Of a DNA stretch of 64,000 nt, positions 9,641 to 23,620 are shown piece by piece (positions within the stretch are counted from its first letter, which is position 1; each line of letters begins with the position of its first letter). The stretch comes from Choristocarpus tenellus KU-1152 (Eukaryota > Protista > Phaeophyceae), in assembly GCA_964200185.2 (NCBI GenBank), contig CAXNAD020000002.1:19209-83208 (forward strand). Direction: 5' to 3'. The position numbers and the translations under genes are program-made. Under the pieces are notes generated by a model, which saw nothing but the letters and a program-made list of their open reading frames with translations, ran no database searches and had not been told where the DNA came from.

Positions 9641-12600
9641 AAGGTGCAATGTGTGACAACATGGCAAGTTTGTAATGCTCATCAGTCACATATTGTTGCA
9701 GGAAAGTTGTAGGGCATACATATTTGCACACGGACAAACATATCTGAATAACACTAAAAAACTGAAGCCTTCCATTATATCCATACACTCCAAAATAGGA
9801 CGTGTATATAAATATACAGATAATGATGGATATGTACATACGGTGTCCTGAATATTACTTTATATACATAAGCGCACACACCCACCATGCAACACACTGG
9901 TAACATGTCATTTTCTGAAGTTTTTTTCAAGTTTTGACAAAAGTCTTAGGATTGTTTTTAAAAGTTCTGTAATACGAGAAATACAAAAGTGCATGTACGT
10001 CCATATTTGCACAGAATTGAGGATTGTTCCAAACGTAAGATGCAAAATCTTCATGAAACAAAAGATTTAACAGATAAAATTCTTCAATAGATTTATCACT
10101 TCAAGTTGGTAACTCTATCACTCCCAATACAGAGAGCCGCACAAGGGTATCTCTCCCGTACATATATTATATCAATAACCACTATGCTAGCTTTTCTATG
10201 AGTAATCAAAGAACAGATCATGCCTGGTGTGGGATGAATACAACGGTGCGCTCTTCTGTTGGATTTCTTGTATCTACCACCTGCTACACTTGACCCAGGT
10301 CTCTCATGTCCCTTAGTGTGCAAGTCAAGAGTCAAACCTGGCATTGAAAGTTGTTCAAGACTATGAAAATGTGTCAGTAGCCTGCTTGATATCATAGTGT
10401 TGATCAGGTTCAGTAGCTACTTGTAAAAAAATTAAATCTGTTCTTGTATGTGTTGAGAATCAATAATGCATGAGATCCACCGAATTTAATTGTCCAGTAA
10501 AATTAAAGGTATCACAGTACACTGGAGGAGAAAAACAAGGGTGTTTCATTCTCCCATGTATGACATTTCTTAAGTACATGTCAGTTATCTTCAAGAGATA
10601 AAGTGCAAATGTCAACATGAGAAAATAAATTTGACCCCTTTGGAGTGGTTTGGATCACTTGTGTATGCATGCATACAAGGGTTATGCATGAGAATCAAGC
10701 CTGTGCGGCGTGGTTGGTGCGGGCTGTACCTTTTGTTGTATATGAATCCAACATCTCATATCATGGATGCTCTGCTGTTCCTTCTCTGCCACTGCAAGCA
10801 CTATGTGACCACTGGGATCCTTCAGTTGTGTCAATTGTACAACTTGCACTACTGTTCCGTACAAGAGCAAACTCAGATCATACCTGTGGAAAAATTGCAG
10901 GATATATTATCAAACACATGACACGTGAGATGGTGAGCAGACAAATGAGGAATAATGTGCTGACTAGTGCAGTCCCCAAGGGTCATCTAATGGTCCACTT
11001 GAGTAGGATGGCATGCATATCTGACTTGAGCACATGCATGAGACCTACAGTTGGTATTTGGTATTATGACATGAACCAATGAGGTTTGAGACAGAAAGTA
11101 GACATGTGTTATCGAGAAATGGCAATGATCACTGATTAATATGGCAAGCACCTGCAGCAGAGGAGTCGCCAGGTTTGTGAAAAAAAAACTATTAACCCAT
11201 GCCAAACCCAATCATGAACAAAAATAAAACACATTTGAAAGAGCATGTGTTTGCACACAAAGGCAAGAAGGGGAGGCAGGACTGGTAACATATGTCCAGG
11301 CATAGCTTTGTAGCCAAGATCATAGATTCCAAAGTGTAGAGTGGTGTCTGGAGTCATGTTAGGGGTGCCTAAGGAATATGAAGTAGAAAACAAAATAGTA
11401 CTTATATGTTGAACACCAGAATCAAAGCTGATTGATATACACTGCAATCCAACAAGTTGATTTAAAAAAATATTGTACAGGTCTTAGATCTCTGCTCTTA
11501 TAGTTTGTGTGTCAACTCTGTAAGTCATGGAGGAGACAGGAATATTGGCATGCAGGACCAACCAAAATTCTAGCCAGGTCAATCCTTACATGGTTACAGT
11601 ACAGTCCATGGAGTTTGAGGCAAAGGTGGTTTGGGATGTGGAATGGCGGTCAGATACCCAATGGTGGCACAGGTCATGAATCACTAGCCATTTCACAGGG
11701 CACACCCATCCTTCATTCCACCCCCTCTTGACTCATAGCAGGCAGTGGCACTTCACAATTCCAAGTTAGTCTCCCAACAAGGTTTCTATGCCCCTACCTG
11801 GTCAATGCACCAGTACTAACATTGAATGTGGATCAATACCTAGCCAACTACCACTAAAAGCAGGAACTCCTACAACTGTTCTGCTGTCTAGCTGGCACAC
11901 AGACTACTAAAAACATGATGCAGCAAGAAGGTATCATAGCAGGTAGGGGCTGGGGTAGTGAATAATAAGAGTGATACTTCAAACTAGAAGATCAGTTACA
12001 TAGTATTACACAACATATCATAGTAGGAGTACAAATATAATAGTGAAGTCAAACAGGCTATCAGGATCCTTACATCTGGCTGAAATTTAACCTGCAATAG
12101 GGTCATGTTTGGGCATATTTGACAACTATTCCATATCCAAAAGCAACTTGACGTTTTGAAACATCTTAAGATATGTCAGGTTGATAACCAAAAACGTGTC
12201 ATCCCTGAAGCTGTGCAAAATTTTAGAATACCTTCTCCAGGATAAATGAGTACACGAGGTGATGATAATTGGATTCCTCATCAAAAACGGGCTGGGTAGG
12301 ACCTTTTCAATAGTAGAAATCAGCCCAAGACAGCTTCACTCTCACTTAAAAAAAAAGACTAACCCTTCATGCCCCAGTCAACCATGACCACCCAATGTCC
12401 ATTCATGCTATGCATGACATGATTTTACTGATAACATGCAGCAATATCAACCTCTTGTCTTGCTATGAGTGAATTTTTTCAGTGATGGTCCATCATAGTG
12501 CCTGTAAGAGCACCTTTTATGGAAGGGGTGCATATTATGTTGGTACTATAAATAACTCAGTTTTAGACCACCGTCATTGAATACGAACCTCATAAAATGT

Positions 12601-15573
12601 ACTCAATCCTCCAAATATATAGTTCAACTCCATAGATCAATGGTGACAGTGTTTATGGTTGCCCTGGTTATTATCATGTTCACCCTCGGAACTTGATCAA
12701 TGATCAGAGGTCCTACAAACCTGAATACTTTCCACGCTAGCCTACTGTTGCACTCTGTTTATACCTTGCTTCTAGCACATTGAGCTCAACCATCCTGTTG
12801 CTGAAGTTCATGAGTGCACATTTGAGTTCAATAGACTGGTAAGACATAAACAGGGGGTTCCACACCTTGGCAGGCATTCAAGAGTATTTTACTTGGTATT
12901 TCTACATGTCGTAAGTGCTTCCATGCCTCCACAATTTACGTATTTGATCATAAGGACCCATGTGAGAACTACACCTGAATACATAATGCAGAGGACCAAG
13001 TTCTGGTTGATTTGTGAGTGGCAAGGATCTCTATTGAATTATTATACGAACTACTTTGTCCTGGTCGAGGTTGAGTTAGTCAAGGTAGTAAAAGGATGGG
13101 GAATGCTGAATCTGCCAAGGACTGTTCACTTTCCTGAGAACCTCTCTTAATATTTTATTGTGTACAGTGGACAAGTAATCTGGATTCAGCTTTTTGGTTG
13201 AATGTGGGGAAAGAGTGGAAGGGTTGCAACCCCCATTACTTGTGTCCTCATAGCTCTGTGGTTACAGGCCAGTGTTCTATTTCAGGAGTGGATGAATTGA
13301 AATCTTACCGATTCCAGATCTTTTGAGGGAAAATATGATTTTGATGATCTGAAGACTGTTGAAAGCGGCAGACTATACACCTGGACAATCCTGTTTGTGT
13401 ATCACAAGAAAACACAGAAAGCCAATAAAAGGTTGCAAGGGTGTGTTGTTGAGGAGCACTCAGCCAACTGATCATATGTCTGAAATATATACACAGAAAT
13501 GTGACAAAAACTGTACATGATGTATATTACATAGGTATGAAGGGTGACCTTGAATATTTAACATCTTACATTATATCCTCATTATCATGATTTTCTAGCA
13601 TGTTTTGATAATGTTTAAATTTAATCTGTACCCTTGACTTCATACATACTCTTTTACAATGGAATTGTAGGGAAATACCCTTGTAGAGACACATGTGTAG
13701 TTCCACCTCCGACAGTATTTTTTCGCAATGGAAGAGGCTATCTAAAGTCTTAATCACTGGCCATGGACCATCGTTTACCAATGGGTTTTCTTAGTGCTCC
13801 CCACCACCAACTACATTCTAGTCTTCCTGTTCTGCTGGATTCTACCTACTTGTGCACTATCCCATTCTAGGAGACTCCCTTGAGACCAAGCTTTCACTCA
13901 AACAGCCAGGTCCAACACTCCACACTCTATCCCATGGTCTGGTCTCAGCAAAAGATGTAACGTATTGCTAGATGCAAAAAGGAGATGTGTAAATACTGAG
14001 TTATTGCCCCCTCTCCCTTCTATCTGTTGTATATTCTATTTCATACTGCTTGTCTCCATGAAAAAAGCCTGGCGTCCAAGGGGTCAGACTCACAAAATTC
14101 ACTCAGGGAACAGCAAGGTAGTTAGTTCTGCACCTGACTCTATTCTGCCACAGCTACCTACACATATTTTGAGTTGGACGTAACTGCACACCCCCAAAAA
14201 CCAAAAGAAAAAAAGGCAGCACTCCATCCTACCCCAATATAATCCTAATACAGTTTAATATCCTTGTTCCACTCTACAATAAATTTAATCTTGAACTTTG
14301 TGTATCACAGTCATCAGTCTTCTCCTGTAAAAACTCTCCTCTCAGTGGTTTTGTAGTATGCATTACTTACTCGAAGCAGTTATCAAGACTGACCTTTGGT
14401 ATCTCAAGAAATACAAAGAATATCAACACCAACAACTTACGTATTACCTCCTGAAGCTGTGTCTACAGGGCATAAATCATTGACTAGATAGATAATACTC
14501 CATTTAGAGGTAGGAACAAAAAGATAAAGTCAGTGGCTACTGTGAAAGCCTGGCGTAAGGGGATACATTAGTTTAGAGGCACTAGGACAGGTAGACAATT
14601 CAAAGAATACATGTATGTAATTGCATGTATAGGCAGCAAATATTGTCTAACAAGCTACGTCAACACTCGATCGGGACTCAGGTATCAAGGGGGAGTGAAT
14701 ATAATTAGTCTTGTAATCTCCACAGAAGTGTTGCTTGCATGACCTGTGGTCCACACCTTCAGTCTTGACTGTATGTCTACCTGTGTTCAAGCACTGAACA
14801 GCAACTACAGTAAGTGCTTTAGGGTGTTTTCTTGGTTTCATTGTTATGTCCAAATCTAGGATAATTTCGTATCTTAGCCTGTTCCAAGGAGCCTGAATTG
14901 ATAAACTCAAATGGTACTTTCACATCTTTGCTGCAAGATTGAGGTCATGGACTGATGTGTGAAGTCCAATTGGCATCTCATTAATGTAGAGCAGTTTTGT
15001 TACCATAAGCTATTATATCAGTGCCACCATCACATGGCAAAGCACTTCTGATGGCTATGCACTTCTGAAGGTTATGCACCACTGATCACTTTGTTACCTG
15101 CCAATGGAATGGATTGGCAGTGAGATGAAGGGTGAGTCCTCCACAGGTGAGTAAGGACACTAACAGTGATTCACAACAAGAGGACAGCAGGGAGGGTTTC
15201 AAGTAACTAATGGCAAGAGATGGTAACCTTCAGGTACTGTTGACAGAGGAATGATCATCCTACTTACAAGGAAGTGAGCTACTGTTGTGAAAGCTCAAGT
15301 TGAACATCAACATAATATTTTCTTGGAGATGTCTAGTTTAGTCAATTTCCAAAGACTTCAAACAAATTGCACTCCCAACGAACAGCAATCAATCTACACC
15401 CTTGAGCTTCATACCTGGTCTGACCCTAGACACTAAAATGTGGATTTTCTTCCTCACAGAATACTTCCTTCATACAGCAAAGAGTGTAAGCATCAAGAGA
15501 CAGTTGACACGCCTGTACCACCGACAACCAACTCCCCTCCACAATTTAAATATCATTTCATAGACTACATAGC

Positions 15574-17977
15574 TCACCGCAATTCAACGCAGAGTCGGCT
15601 GATGAGATCTTGTCGAACTCGCTCCTGTGTTTGGTATGGGAGAAGTATTGCTATTATAATTATTATATATACTCAAGCCACGTGCAACACAACTTGAAAA
15701 ATGGAAGAGCATTATCTTGAGCAGAAAATTCGTAACATAGATCCCAACTCACCTTAGCACTCAAAATGAGCACCTGAATGATGTAGAATGTCTTACCTGA
15801 AGCTTGTCGACTTCCTCATTTGTCAGAGATCTACTCATGGAACGATATGTGATGCGGAAGCAGTTACTCTGCCTCTGAGTCTTGGGGTGTACAAAAGTAT
15901 CCACAAGCTGGACCTGTGATTCGATGGCAATACATTGAACAAACTCAGGATGCGAGTAACTCAACAATTGAGTCAACAGTTCTTCTATCATGCAGCTATA
16001 TCAAAGTGAGTGCTCACTAGGAGATCCAGCTTGCCTCGCCACCAACACCACTACACCATTAAGTCACATCTGTGCACAAAAAACAAAATGGCAAAGGAGC
16101 ACCTCCTCAACCAGGTCCCCTGCAACATCACGAACAACCTCAAACATATCATTGTTATGAAATGTTCTCTCAGCTTCTCTTGGTAGCCAAAAGCTCACAT
16201 CCTTGAAACATGGTGGATATTTGCTGTATGGTGTGAATTGAGATATTGTCCCTGCCTGCAGTACAAAGAGCCACAGTGAGAGGGTCAGACCAGCTCAATC
16301 ACAACATTATGCTCAAGCATTGAGATGTCATAAAATGTTGATAATATAGTGCAATAAACATTCAAATAAATAGTATCAAGTAGTGACAACAAAAGGCACC
16401 CTTGCTGTTGGACCACATTTTTCATGTGTACCTTAAATTGGCTGGTAAACCGTTCATCATCTGACCAGAACAAGCGAATATCTGGGATTGAAAACAATAC
16501 CATCGCTAGACGTTCCAGGCCCAAACCAAAGGCCCAGCCAGTTTCCTCTTGACGACCAGAATTTTGCATCACTTTTTCTTGAATGACTCCACAACCGAGC
16601 ACCTCCATCCAATCTCCCTGCCAATTAAATAGAAAGTAAGGAGTGGAACATTGCAGTTGATCTCAATCTTACACCTAGGCAACATAGGAACAGCTTAGTA
16701 AAAAATATGGCTATAGGCTATCACTATAGAAGGGAGGAAATGCTGAGGTTCAGGCAACAAAAGAATGAGATTGAAAATGATTTTTCCATACATTGCAGCA
16801 AATGGATGGAATATTTAGTGCAAGATCCAGTAACTCTAGAATCTGATGTGGTGTATGACATCGACAATAAGACTGCAGTTGAAGGCGACATCTCACCCTG
16901 AAAAGTATCTCCAGTTCTGCTGAGTGGTGAGTGAATGGAAAGTAGGCATCCACCCAACGCATTTCCACGTCACCAAAGAGGTGCCTTGCCAGGCCCTCCA
17001 GGGCATTCTTGAGGTCACTGCTCACAATTGCTACTCTCGCCTCTATGTCAGTGGTCGGCGGAACCTGAGAGGGGAAGGCGGAGACAAGGGTCAAGACGTA
17101 TCCAGACACCAACATGGTGATACATAGTTGGGTTTGTCGGCAGGCAACCTTTGAGGCAAGCGTGCCACTAAGGGTCTTGCAGGAGGTTTCTATCTCTAAC
17201 AGGACACCTTAATCAATACTGCAAGATGATATACATTCATTCAAAAACAATCTTGAGCATCTTTCCGACATTGCGTGTATCCAACGGAATTTGACAACGA
17301 TGGCAGGAAAGTGAGGGTATGTGCAGCCGCCCACGCCAATAAAAGAGTGTCCAGACTCACCTCGTCGTCGCGGAACACACGGACTCCCTCCATTTGGTGA
17401 AACACGGGGTAGTGACTTCGGTCGATCTCATCACGTCTGTACACATCTCCACACACTAGAAAGGAGTTCTGGCCCTGCATCAGAAGTGTTGTCTGGTGTG
17501 CGCTAGTGTGACACCTCAAGACTCTCGCTTCATCTACATAATAAGTATCAGTGGGCTGGCGGCTCACGTGATCCACAGGGATGAGAAGGGAATCAAAGTT
17601 GTCATACACTGATACCACAGGTGGAAGGTCATCGAACACCTGGAAGTTGGGTTGTCCAAGCAGAGTATTGGGCTCTTGAAAGTAAACCTCGATCCTGCAA
17701 CAAGTTGGGGAATATCGGTATAACATAATTTACGTCTCATGAGAGCTCAGGTCAACCACCCCTGCTTGTATCGCATTTTCAATCGGACTAACCTCTCCTT
17801 GATGATGTTCAGGGGATGCCCTACACGCAAGTGCAGGTTCTTCCCCACCTTCGCTGCCACTGATAGCGAAACGTTATTCGCCGGGTCATTGGTAATCACA
17901 CGAGTAGCTGTACACAGGGGCCTCAGCAATGAGTTTGGCAATGGTCGGACCTTTCCCACTACCTTCCACAACATCAT
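15574..17977 (-). CDS. FARS2: Organellar (mitochondrial-type, monomeric) phenylalanine--tRNA ligase, 7 exons
   Basis: Exons 17793-17977, 17361-17694, 16897-17064, 16432-16617, 16103-16255, 15797-15913, 15574-15624 are in phase. Motifs [79 protein letters not shown], and the C-terminal FDX-ACB domain (YSKYPPC.KDVSFW...[17 protein letters not shown]). Basic N-terminal transit-like peptide. Confidence 0.97.
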
Positions 17978-18146
17978 TCATGGTGGATGATAGATTAGGG
18001 GGGAAGATTACGTAGGGTTTTGGTAAAGAAGAAAACTCGAAGTACTTCTACCTCTACAACAAACTATATATATTGATTGTACTTGCCAAAATTTGAAAAT
18101 TTAGTTGAGTCTAACAAAAAAGGTCAAAGAGATCAAGAGGAACACG
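17978..18146. promoter_or_regulatory. Putative bidirectional promoter (FARS2 / TIP41)
   Basis: Divergent ATGs at 17977 (-) and 18147 (+), 169 bp apart; TATATATA at about 18066; CpG-rich flanks. Confidence 0.6.
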
Positions 18147-21100
18147 ATGAAGTATTTCCGAGCTAAAAGTTGGCACATTCGAGGGAATCATCTGCCTATT
18201 CTCAGCGAAGCCGAGCGCGATGAAGAGGGTGCATGGCTTACCAAAAGAGCAGGTGGTTGGGTTGATGGTCAGTCCTCTCGTTCTGTTCCTCTTAGGGTTA
18301 GTCCACAATCTTACACACCTTTTCACACAGTGTTCGTCTCTGTCATATAATTACGAACAACCACCTCGACCACGCTCTGCGTGACATGGCGCCTACTCTC
18401 CGTCTCAAATTTTGTGACTCAAGAACAGGTGGTAACCAAGAATCATCATTGGGTAATGTGGTGGTGAAGGATACCCAAATGCAAGTGAGATATCATGTAT
18501 ACTTGATGGCCATGTGATTCTCACTACTTGCTCCTCTCTTTAGCAATTAATATGACAAAGACTCAAAAAGGGATCAAGTTGCACAAGCGTTTTCATTGCA
18601 ATGCAAGGTTAGAGTGCTGTGACGTAGCCAGTTTTACATCTACCATGAAAAATTCGCAAAGGCTCATTGCGAACAACTTAACTCTTTTCCAGATGCCTGA
18701 GATTCTTTTTGGCAACAGCACCCTCCAGTTGCATGACGAGGAATCCAGTTTAGTGCTTCATTTTGATGCCCGTGGGGCACTTACACGATGGGTGGAGTTA
18801 TTCCTCACAGGAAAGTATGAGGCAAGTAAAAGGAGACTGTCCCTTCCCTTTACAAGTCGCCTGTCGAGGCACAACTTGGGTACTGTACTGTGTGCTGAAG
18901 CTGTCAGTGCAGTTTATTTTTTAGTGTATATTGATGTCAAAATTTCATTCCCCAGGTGATCAAGGTGCTAGAGGCAAAAGATTGGAGGGTCAGACACGGA
19001 GGTGGAGACAACATCAAGCTCCAGGAGTACGACTGGACATGGGCAACAGATTATGCAGGCTCTGTTGGTGTAATGAGTGGGAACACGCTGGAAGTGGTAA
19101 GCGCATTGTGTCTGATTTTTTTTTAAAGTAATGGGCTCATCGATCTCACGGTGTCAGTACCACATTCTATATTGCCCCACATCAGGGTATGATTTCAGTG
19201 ATAGGGCCCCATTTATACTCGAGTTCATCTTGGTGGACATAGCCCTGTCAGAGATGAGGACATAACCTATTTTTTGCAATTACCTAGGTATTATCCCGAG
19301 AGGTATCACCATAAAGAGTAAAGGCTTCATTTAATATCAGATTTTGCCTATGAGGCCTATTTTTTTTGTGTGAAAATCTATGTACTTCAAAGGTGTTTAT
19401 CAAATCCGAATCCCGCTTAAGATATTTACTTTAGGGCACAGGTCACTTGTGTTGTCTTAAAAAACCGACTGAACTGAACTAAACAGTTGCTCTTTTGTTA
19501 TTGTGGATAAGTTCCCATGTAGCAGTATCCTCGTGTGCAACTACTACTTTTTGTGAAGCACCACACAACTCTAGTCAATTTCATTTTTAGGTTTCATGGA
19601 GAAAGCTCTTTAGGGGTGTTTATGAGGGCTTGTTGTGACCAGCAATGGGGATGACCATAGCGCAATAATGCAACCTCTTGGTGCCACTGAACACTACATG
19701 TCATCCATCCAACTCAACTTCACTGGTTTTTTCCCATCCAAACAACATTAACCTGCCCAGCATTCACCAACCTCACTAGGAGCATGATGATGACTGTTAC
19801 TATGAAAAAATGTAGCAGTGAGTAACAGCTTACTGTTTCTTATGAAATATCTACCTACACCTAATACTGTTAATGATAGCTTTAATTACGATAGTACTAT
19901 ACAAGGAATACAAATCTCAAAAGTGTTTTCAAGATGTCTAGTCCTCAGGGTAGGTCTGACCAATGTCTCCAACTATGCCTCAAAAAATCCTGAACAGTTT
20001 GCTCAAAATTGCTGTTACAGTTTTTAATTACCCTGGTTCCTGCATTCTTGAGCATTTGAAAGACACATTTGGACCAATCCACCACTGAAAGTAGGAAACA
20101 AGGGGTATGTGACATGCAAGAGACACACTGTAACTAACAGTCCAGAGGTTGGCAAAATGGTTGATCAGATGGCCTACTTATGCAGAGGTATTAATAGTTG
20201 CTTACAGAGTGTTGAAATGCTTTATTTTAAAAATATGTGATAGTTTTGTGAAGAATGAACACTATATTCCTCTAGATATCTCTTATCTCCAACACAGTTC
20301 TTTTATTCAAACTCAAATTCAAGTATACTGTCTACTGTCTACTGTGTGGAGGAGAGTTCTTGGACAGGTTGGTGATCATCAACTGCCTGACTTGTGCACA
20401 CGAAGGACTTGCACACACCCTTCAGTACTCAACACAGTCAAACTCAGTACCCCATATATACCCCTAACAAACAGCTTCACCCACAGCCCTGTGGTTCACA
20501 AGTGGGAAGGGGAAAGGTTGATGCATCCAATAAAAGCTTGGTATTGATATTAAAATAGATCTAACCTACACAAAGAAAAAAAATAGTTCACGAAACTGCC
20601 GGGAAAACAGAACCTTCACATTCTAACTCTTGACTACTTCTACCAAAGACCACTTCTACAGTGATGTAGTCGTGTCAAGTTAGTTGGGGTTTAGTCAGTG
20701 GTAGAGTAGTGTGAGTGCAAAAGAAAGTGAAGATGGTATGAAAGATGCATCTTTTACTGCCATCAAAGTAACAAAGCTGCCATATCAACCCCCAACAATT
20801 AGTCGGCAAATATTTCCGATATTTGTCAAAATTGGCAGCCCATGCAATTTTGGTTATTTTTACACCCCTGCCACTTAGTATCATACCCTGATCTGGTCAG
20901 TTACCTGCATATTTCAAAGGCGCAGAATGGAGAGGAATCCTGACACGATGAAAATTCCAAACACATGATACTACCTCTATCTTTTTGAGTAGTATTAATA
21001 GCTGAGGTCGTACTTGAATTTTGAAAGTTCTGTAATGTCGCTGCCCAAAGTAATACTTTTTTTTTTCCTTGACTAATTGTTTAGGTGTCTCCAGGAGGTC

Positions 21101-22317
21101 TCTTGCCTTCTCCAGAGACAAAGGGATCTGCTGTAGCCTGGGTTTCTTGCCCTCCAGGTGGTATAGATCGCGTGCTACTTGAGGACCAGAGCATCCCCAT
21201 ACTATTCTATGATGAAGTGGTTCTTTATGAGGACTTCATTCATGACCACGGTGTTGTTCGCCTGTCAGTGAAGATTCGTGTGATGCCTCAATGTTGGTAT
21301 GTGCTCCTCCGATATTGGCTGCGTGTGGATGGTGTGGTGATGAAGGTTTGTTGGATGTTGGAATTACTAGTATTGCACTGCGCCATCTTCCCACATAATA
21401 CGTAAGTCATCTCATTTGCATCCCACATCTTAGTAAGAGGTGTGATATATGTCCAATTAAGCAACCTCTATATAGTGGTGTGCTTGCTGCTTTTGACTTG
21501 TGCAGGTGGAACATGCAGCTAATTGTTTGATCTTGTTTTGCAGTCACCTGTTTTGTTTGCCCATATGCCTTACCTCACGTGCTGTACCTCACAGGTTGTC
21601 AACAACACTGATTGTGTTTCTTATGGAGTTGTGTTGCAGTGCTCCAAACTTGAGATGAACATCAATTCATCAAATGGTCTCTCCCTTCTGAGTGTTGGGC
21701 AATGATTATTCAACGCATCGGTTTTGCCTTGTCCCATGCTAGGTGGTTGATACAAGAATCTTCCACAAGTTTGGGCAGCCTCATGTGTATCGGGAACGCA
21801 CAAAGAACTCAATCACCTTTGAAGAGCTCCGTGATCAAGGAATCTCTACAGCTGCAACATCTTTTGCAGAAGCCCACAACGCTATACCATTCCTTAGACC
21901 AACAGAAGGTAATTGACTTGTCAGCTTTCAGAGTTTACAATTTAGGACTTGTAGCCGGCAAAGGATTCTGATAGCAATTCCCATCCCAAGTCATACCCTC
22001 CATGATTGCATGTTGATTTTGTTCATTTAGACCATGTCTATAAATGTTAAATTTGTGCAACCTACTGGGTGCCTATGTGCAGTGTATACATTTTTCCTAC
22101 TATGCATTACTACTATACATGTCATTTAAATGAACATTTTGCCATCATGCCATACTTCCCAAGTCTTTGACTTACAACATCATCATGATGAGACATTGAT
22201 GATGGAAATGTATGTATGTGTGGACAACGTTGCTGTCCTCATGTGACCCTATCTCCCTACCCCCAATTTGTGGCAGATTGTCCCTGCCCTATCCATGACA
22301 TGGTGGTGTTATATTAG
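18147..22317 (+). CDS. TIPRL: TIP41-like protein (TOR signalling / PP2A regulator)
   Basis: [23 protein letters not shown] (first exon; its donor and the next acceptor are tentative). [11 protein letters not shown]...FDARGAL up to 18821 (GC donor). 18956-19096 [12 protein letters not shown]. 21085-21345 [19 protein letters not shown]...[23 protein letters not shown]. 21743-21908 DTRIFH.F. Last exon 22277-22317. Confidence 0.93.
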
Positions 22318-23024
22318 CTAGCTTCTAGGGTGGCTCCTGCATGAAGGCATCAATGCGCTCTTCCAGAACATATTCACCTGAATGGTTCATATTTTCAAGT
22401 CCCCACAAAAGCTTATTTCTTTTGGCCTGGAAGCTAACTAGGCCACTGCTTTAATAGTAGTTTTCACGTAACTGAATGATGAAGCCATAAAACCCACCAA
22501 ACCCCACAGACAATTTGTGCTCTGTACGCCTTGAATTCCAGATTAACCCAAAAAAAAAAAAGAAACCATCTATGGCATCATCTCCTCCAATTGGATCCGT
22601 TTCCATGTTCCTGTGGGACCAGATATGTTTATTTTGTGAGACCATGTAGCTTCGGAACAAAAAAATCATCAAGTTTAGAGTTGATGTAGCAAGCACAGAT
22701 CAAAGTTTGTTGGATTGCGTAGGAGCATAAAACTTGTACAAGAATGATGCACACACCTTGCTTTGCAACACCAAGCTGCATCTGTACATTGGAGACCTTG
22801 CGTGTTGATGCTTGGCCAGTGCTTGGTGTCCCCCTTGCTACACCAGTTCCACGTATATCAGCTCTTGTTGCATTGTGGAATATCATGGCTGGGGAGGGGG
22901 ACAGAGTTTTTGTATGAGTAGGATTCAATATCTCATCATTTGGGCTAAGTCACTGTTAAAGTATGCATACACTACTTTCATTCACCAAGAAATAATGAAA
23001 TTTTAATATTTTTTTTAGTTGATC

Positions 23025-23620
23025 AAAAATGGACTCCGGCAATGAGCGGACCAGAAGATGGTGTGGTACAGAAGACAAAGAACTGTGTCATCTGCTTAGA
23101 GTTTTGAACAAGCTGAAAAGACCCAATGAAATGGTGCCTGTCGTTCAAAGTAAATTGGTTGGTTGCTGCTGGCACCACTTCTTACCAATAGCATGAAAAA
23201 AACTCGTAACACTCCAAGGAAGAGAAACATATCAATGCATTGAGCGTGTGGTGGTCAACCGGTGAAACATACTTGATGTTAACAGCTTTTTTCTGATAAG
23301 GCACCAACTTGATACCTCAATACTCATAAATGGTATGTTCATCTGGAACAAGTGTATTCTTGATGACCTGTGGGCAAGGCACATTGAAATGCCATATGAT
23401 GCCCTGTAAAAGTCGTTTGTCTTCTTGACCGCCAAGTCCTGAGAGTGAAGATGCATGCCCAGTTGGATTAATTGGGTTGGGCCCAAAAACGACAATCACC
23501 TGGATCCACACTGAAGATGGAGTTTTCATCAAAGAAGATGCGGAATGAAGTAACTTCTTGATTAAAGATTGGGTTGATGATTGCTGGACCTGAGAACTGC
23601 ATCCCTTCTGAATTGGTGTC
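23025..23620 (+). mobile_element. Degenerate hAT-family transposase catalytic-core remnant
   Basis: Motifs in order across stops and frameshifts: MDSGN (D-N/S), LCHLLR (CxxH-like), KLVG...LVTLQ, VVNR*N/TYLML (hAT TRWNSTY.ML motif). The right boundary is approximate. Confidence 0.5.

Noticed and set aside
14650-14910. KTEGVDH resembling the copia RT Q.EG.DY motif
   Set aside because: The flanking KARLVA and TFAPV motifs are absent; too short to support.
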